Assembly: GCF_006345805.1 (NCBI RefSeq)
Contig: NW_021835668.1
Span: forward strand, 1-30,278
Length of the DNA stretch: 30,278 bases
From: Octopus sinensis
Taxonomy: Eukaryota
Direction: 5' to 3'
Shown: piece by piece, positions 24,305-30,278 of the stretch
Numbering within the stretch: position 1 is the stretch's first letter
Layout of the letters: the number at the start of each line of letters is the position of its first letter
Notes under the pieces: generated by a model
Told to the model about the DNA's origin: nothing
The model's database searches: none
What the model saw: the letters and a program-made list of their open reading frames with translations, nothing else
Program-made: the position numbers and the translations under genes

Positions 24305-24892
24305 ATTTATAGGTATACTATGTATGGAATTTTAGCTTTGTGTGAGGACTGTATCACGTTAACGGCCCAACACAGCTTCTGTTCTCATTGAACACTGGTT
24401 GTGTAACCAGTGAAGAGTTACATAAGGTCAATTACTAACACATTTTAAAAATAATTAAATGTTAAAAATCGTATACAAACAATACAATAGAGGCTATGTT
24501 ATTGTGAATTTCTTCAATAGTACTATAAACGAAATTAATTGTAGCTTTATTTAATTCTATATTGTTGAATATCATTCGTTCATGTCAAAGCAGTTACTTA
24601 TCCGCTTTGGAATATTTACGAATACATTTTGTGTATAAAACGATAAGGACATTAAGGTAATCTAGCCTCATTATTAAAACACTATGGTCAATGTAATTAA
24701 ACTTCATCACATGAAATATCACACTATTTCACTTCACAAAATGTTACCGTTTTTTTCAGTTTATTTTTTTATTTACGGCATCCATAAGACAAAAATAAAT
24801 TCTAGTATATTTGAAATCAGTATTGGCTTCCTTTGAGAAATAGCCCATCTGAGCCATGAAGCATCATAAATAATAAATTCAAAGAAATATTA

Positions 24893-24941
<49 letters not shown>

Positions 24942-25091
24942 AAATTCAGCGTGTTGCATTCCATTACCTAATAAATGAAAATAAGCATGGTAAATAAACA
25001 TATGATATAATGTGCACTGAGTGTAAAACCGAATGGGAGGCAAACATAGAAGGACCCTAATCTTCATCAGTTATCAACTAATTACTAATAT

Positions 25092-25125
<34 letters not shown>

Positions 25126-25297
25126 GGCGCAGGAGTGGCTGTGGCTGTGTGGTAAGTAGCTTGCTTACTTCCGGGTTCAGTCCCACTGCGTGGTATCTTG
25201 GGCAAGTATCTTCTGCTATAGCCTCGGGCCGACCAATGTCTTGTGAGGGAATTTGGTAGACGGAAACTGAAAGAAGCCTGTCGTATATATGTATATT

Positions 25298-25357
<60 letters not shown>

Positions 25358-25557
25358 TGTCTGTGTTTGTCCCCCTAGCATTGCTTGACTACCGATGCTG
25401 GTGTGTTTACGTCCCCGTCACTTAGCGGTTCGGCAAAAGAGTCCGATAGAATAAGTACTAGGCTTACAAAGAATAAGTACCGGGGTCGATTTGCTCGACT
25501 AAAGGCGGTGCTCCAGCATGGCCGCAGTCAAATGACTGAAACAAGTAAAGGAGTAAA
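25126..25557 (+). mobile_element. Full-length SINE type C with an internal (TG)n
   Basis: tRNA-like head GGCGCAGGAGTGGCTGTG...GGGTTCAGTCCC, a CORE-like TTGGGCAAGT motif and 3' end GACTGAAACAAGTAAAGGAG; abuts (TA)n at its 5' end. Confidence 0.92.
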
Positions 25558-25559
25558 CG

Positions 25560-25593
<34 letters not shown>

Positions 25594-25712
25594 GCACATA
25601 CACACACAAACACACAAATGTATGTATGTGTAGGGGGAGTGTCTGCACGTGTTTGTAGGTATTTACGTAGGTAAGTTGGTAGGTAGGTAGGTAGGTAGGT
25701 AGTTTAATTTCA

Positions 25713-26231
25713 TCTGTAGGTACTATAATTTATCGATCCCGGAATGAAGAAACGGCAAAGTCGACCTCGGCGGAATTTGAATTCAGAACGTAGCGGCAGA
25801 CGAAATACCTATTTCTTTACTACCCACAAGGTGCTAAACACAAAGAGGACAAACAATGACAGACAAACGGATTAAGGCGATTACATCGACCCCAGTGCCT
25901 AACTGATACTTAATTTATCGACCCCGAAAGGATGAAAGGCAAAGTCGACCTCTGCGGAATTTAAACTCAGAACGTAACGGCAGACGAAATACCGCTAAGC
26001 ATTTCGCCCGGCGTGCTAACGTGTCTGCCAGCTCGCCGCCTTAAAAACACACACACACACACACACACACAACACTCACATAGTCTTCCTTACTCCAGGC
26101 ACAAAGCACGAAATTTTGGGGGAGGAGGCCAGTCGATTAGATCTTCTCCAGTACAAAACTGGTACTTAATTTATCGACCCCGAAAGGATGAAAGGCCAAA
26201 TCGACCTCGGCAGATTCTCTGCCAACTGCTT
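25713..26231 (-). mobile_element. Three stacked type A SINE pieces: internal fragment 25713-25809, full copy 25810-26042, internally deleted copy 26080-26231
   Basis: The core TTATCGACCCCGAAAGGATGAAAGGC / GTCGACCTC recurs three times; two different 3' tails. Confidence 0.88.
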
Positions 26232-26264
26232 ATATGTATATAAAGGTAAATAGATAGATAGATA

Positions 26265-26456
<192 letters not shown>

Positions 26457-27400
26457 TGTTTCTTTATTAGCCACACAGGGTTGAACACAGACGGGACAAA
26501 TTACAAGTAGAGCTTTTCTTTTTGAGGAGAAAAAAAGAAAAAGTGGGGTAGGTTTTCGATCAAAAGGGATCGTAAAAAGGAAAGAAAAGAAAGAGAAATA
26601 AAATTTAAAAAACGATCAATAGGGATTGTGTATCACAGAAATGTAATGATGTCAAGTGTAAAGGGGGAAACAGATAACGTGTATCCGTGGAAAGAAAAGC
26701 CTACGGGAGAAACCACGGTAACCTCGGCCAATAATGTCACATGTTATCACATTTATTTGTAAGTAAGTAAGTCCCTGTTTAAAATTTTTCCGGATTCATA
26801 GTATTATGCTCAAGGTGGCTTCGTCATTCATACGTGCCATTCTTGCTACATACACCCATCATTTTTTTAAACATTCTAATGACAAAACTTGCCTCTCTAC
26901 TCACACTTACCTTTTCAAGTGATACTTGAAGAAGTTGATCAGAGATTGACCAGAGAGGAAAGTCTTTGTCTCTAATCCTTTCAGACGCGTCCACCAGATA
27001 CATTCTTTCGCCATAGCACAAGTATGATGAAAATAGCTCTTCCTTTCCGTTTGAAGGAAAGAGGCGTGACGATATTGACGATAGACTCAGCTGGTAAACC
27101 GACTCGTCCCACACGTGACAGCAGTCGTTCAACATAGGCCCACGGGTCGGAAATGCTTGGACACTGCACGAGTGCGTGCAGAACGGTTTCGTCGCTCTGA
27201 CCGCATCTCGGGCAGGTCAGCCCCGTGTTTCTCGAGCGGTGTCTGTAGAACTTATTCCGAACGGGTAGCGCTGCTCGGTAGCACTGCCAGGCCAGTGATC
27301 TCTGGAAGTTGTCCATAGGTCCTGGTCCGAAAGTCTTGAACAGGCGGGCCAGATATTCTTCGTCGGCGCTCAGGTTCGCCTCGGGCTCGCCGTCGTAGAC
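26457..27400 (-). mobile_element. L1/Tx1-like LINE 3' end (copy 2)
   Basis: ORF2 C-terminal zinc knuckle CPRCGQSDETVLHALVQC, then AK..IWW.R motif and 3'UTR ending AATAAAGAAACA; homologous to copy 1. Confidence 0.9.
26796..27400 (-). pseudogene. Disrupted LINE ORF2 C-terminus (zf-RVT-type CCHC region)
   Basis: VYDGEPEANLSADEEYLARLFKTFGPGPMDNFQRSLAWQCYRAALPVRNKFYRH...CPRC...H....C; then a 1-nt deletion near 27020 and in-frame stops relative to copy 1. Confidence 0.85.
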
Positions 27401-27419
27401 AAATAGATAGATAGATAGA

Positions 27420-27432
27420 TTTGTGTGTATAA

Positions 27433-27465
<33 letters not shown>

Positions 27466-27485
27466 ATTATATATATGTATGTATG

Positions 27486-27518
<33 letters not shown>

Positions 27519-27581
27519 AGATATATATATTATATATATTATATATATATATATATAATTATATTATATATATATTATATA

Positions 27582-27624
<43 letters not shown>

Positions 27625-27660
27625 CTATACATATGTATATAAATGTATATAAATAAATAG
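27420..27660. repeat. Degenerate (TA)n
   Basis: Read directly. Confidence 0.95.
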
Positions 27661-28449
27661 ATGAGTCTGTATATTCATATACATACAGACACATAGCTTC
27701 CACATTAAAGTTGGTTACAAACACGAGAATGTACATGTGTGTGTCTGTCAGGCTGGCTGCTGGCTGTGTAAGTATGTGTGTATGTGTGTGTGTGCGCATG
27801 CGTATACCACATTCTCAGTTTGTCCTTCTTCGTCTGCTTATTCCGTTCTACCCGACTATCTAACAATTTTCCTCGCGGTAATGATGTATATTTTACATAT
27901 ATTTCACAAACAACAGAATCTTCTACATACACAAACATCACAAAACATCGCACTAACGCGGTTAATACCTTAACCACCACCATCCCATCAAGAAAAAAAC
28001 AATTACAATAAAAACAGCAATAGCAATAACTATTACAAAAACAACCGGCAACGACAGCAAACATTAAGACAAACATCGTCCGTAGACGAGCTCAGAGCTT
28101 AGCGTAATATTCATTCAGCTGAAAGAATATTTGCGTCTTTCGTTTCAGACAACGTGGCAAGAATTATCTGAGATATTTTGCAGCTTGTTAGAAGTTTTCA
28201 GATAAAATTATTCTGCGTTGTGTTTTTTTTTAGAGTTTCTTTATAGTATTTTTTTTTATTGTTACAATATTTCGTCTGTATTTAGAATAGACAAACTCAC
28301 AAAAACACGCGTAGACTGAGAAACACAGCAGTGCAATACACTAACTCATAGACATACATACGTAATCAAATACGGTTTATTCATACATGTATGTAAACTA
28401 ATATATGTACAGAGATACGTTTGTGAAGTTTATATCTATTTATGAAACC

Positions 28450-28524
28450 ATATATATACATAAACACACACATATATATAATATATACATACATGTATAT
28501 TATATATATAATATATATATATAT

Positions 28525-28584
<60 letters not shown>

Positions 28585-28812
28585 GCATATATATACATAT
28601 ATGTATGTTCGCATGTATAAATATATACATATATCTATGTATGTATTTTTGTATAGATATAAGCATATATTTTGCTATGCATATAAATGTATATTTGCAT
28701 ATGTGTATGAGTGTATGAATATATGTGCGGGAACGTGTGTATTTTCTCTGACAATAGGCAGATTGTGTACGTCAGTGTTTTTGTGCGACTTGAAATATAT
28801 TTATATATATAT

Positions 28813-28909
<97 letters not shown>

Positions 28910-28928
28910 GATATGGATACAGATACAG

Positions 28929-28960
<32 letters not shown>
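28450..28960. repeat. (TA)n plus an uninterrupted (GATA)n array at ~28813-28908
   Basis: Read directly. Confidence 0.95.
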
Positions 28961-29898
28961 TTATATACATATATATGTATTCATGGATATGTGTGCAGTC
29001 ACACATATATATACACATATCCATAAGTATATACGTTAACACAGATACATATATTTGTCTATAAGGATGTATATAGGTAGATAGATGCTTGCATAGGTAT
29101 ATTTGAGTGTCTACGTCAGTGCATGTTCGTGCGGTGTCTCTACGTGTGTTTGAGTTTGTCCATAGTCTGCTTCTTTGTTCTTCATTTTGGTTCACGTTCC
29201 AATTTGGATTTTCTTTTTCCATCCCCTTTCTATTCCAAACAGTATTTTCTTTTACTTCATCAGCACTACTTCGACCACCATCACCCCACCGCACCACCAA
29301 TAACAACAACAACACACTATTTAAAATATCTACTGTTTCTTTTTAATTTTCATTTTTTTGCTTTATGTTCAGAAAAGATTTTTGTTTGCGGATATTTTAG
29401 TTCCTATTCATTTTGCTGTGTTGCATTTTTGTTGTGACTGTTCTGGTTACTGAAGTTGTTATTCTTGTTGTTTTTGCTTCAGAGGTTGTGTTGTTATTTA
29501 GTAGAAATTCTTGTGTATTTCTTTCGAAATATCTTCGCCTCTTAACGTTTCACATGAACAAAATTTAGGATCTGTCACTCATCATCCAGGTCCCGTAAGT
29601 ATGTAATTATATATGATTATGTGTTAAATATCCGTACGCATATATTCTTACGTATTTGGTATAATCTATGTGCATAACATATATCAGACGATACAGACAC
29701 ATATAGTGATAAACACGCTCGTGGGTATAGTTATAAAGAATATGTATATAAAAATGTGAAAGTGTGTGCGTTTGTATATATACAAACATATATGTGCATA
29801 TAACTTTGTGTATATATCTATCTAGCTCTCTCTATATATGCGTGTCTGTACGTGTGTGTACACATATAAATGCTAATATGTGTATTGTTTTAAGAACG

Positions 29899-29899
<1 letters not shown>

Positions 29900-29934
<35 letters not shown>

Positions 29935-30180
29935 AAGAGAAAGAGAGAGAGAGAGACATACAGAGACAGAGACAGACAGATGACAGATAGATATACAAAT
30001 ATATAAATATACATATATGCATATGAACATCTACAAATTTGTATATGCATATTTTACTTAAAGACAGTATGTTCATCTTTAAATGTACGTGTCTGCGTGT
30101 TTGTGCGCATTTGTGTTTGTATGTGCTTGCGTATGTGTGTGTGCGTGTGTGTATGCGTGTGTGTATGCGTGTGTGTGTGT
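29900..30180. repeat. (TA)n/(GA)n/(CAGA)n/(TG)n
   Basis: Read directly. Confidence 0.9.
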
Positions 30181-30278
30181 TGTCTATTGTAGAGCAACAT
30201 TTTATTTAATCATAGATTACGGCTATGACGAAATATTTCTATTAAACGTCTCATTTTTCACACCATATTTTGGTATAT

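Noticed and set aside
28635-29315. 226-aa minus ORF that looks like a signal peptide plus neuropeptide precursor (LLLLLVVRW...RK...RR)
   Set aside because: No ATG start, the Leu run is a (TTG)n repeat, the purine-rich strand explains E/K/R/N, and the distal two-thirds is microsatellite.
29500-29600. Possible + exon ending CCC|GTAAGT
   Set aside because: GTAAGT occurs many times on both strands here; weak acceptor and no homology.

Overview
AT-rich, microsatellite-saturated eukaryotic non-coding DNA, very probably from a coleoid cephalopod (Octopus). That assignment is inferred from recognising the SINE families, not from a database search. I cannot support any intact protein-coding gene, and most ORF-track entries are translations of (TA)n, (CA)n, (GATA)n or trinucleotide repeats. 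Supported content: (1) Three same-orientation, 5'-truncated insertions of an L1/Tx1-like LINE (15631-16410, 26265-26348, 26457-27400). All are embedded in (GATA)n on both sides, and one locus has a 17-bp target-site duplication, which suggests a GATA-microsatellite-targeting retrotransposon. (2) A decayed Penelope-like element (RT plus GIY-YIG) with an inverted 5' pseudo-LTR that still carries a minimal hammerhead ribozyme core (10593-~11860). (3) A 414-bp fold-back element flanked by TTAA (Kolobok-like MITE, 9865-10278). (4) About 15 tRNA-derived SINE copies of three head types with exchanged 3' modules. (5) An isolated 61-nt hairpin, a CCAAT/GC/TATA promoter-like patch and a few weak candidate exons.
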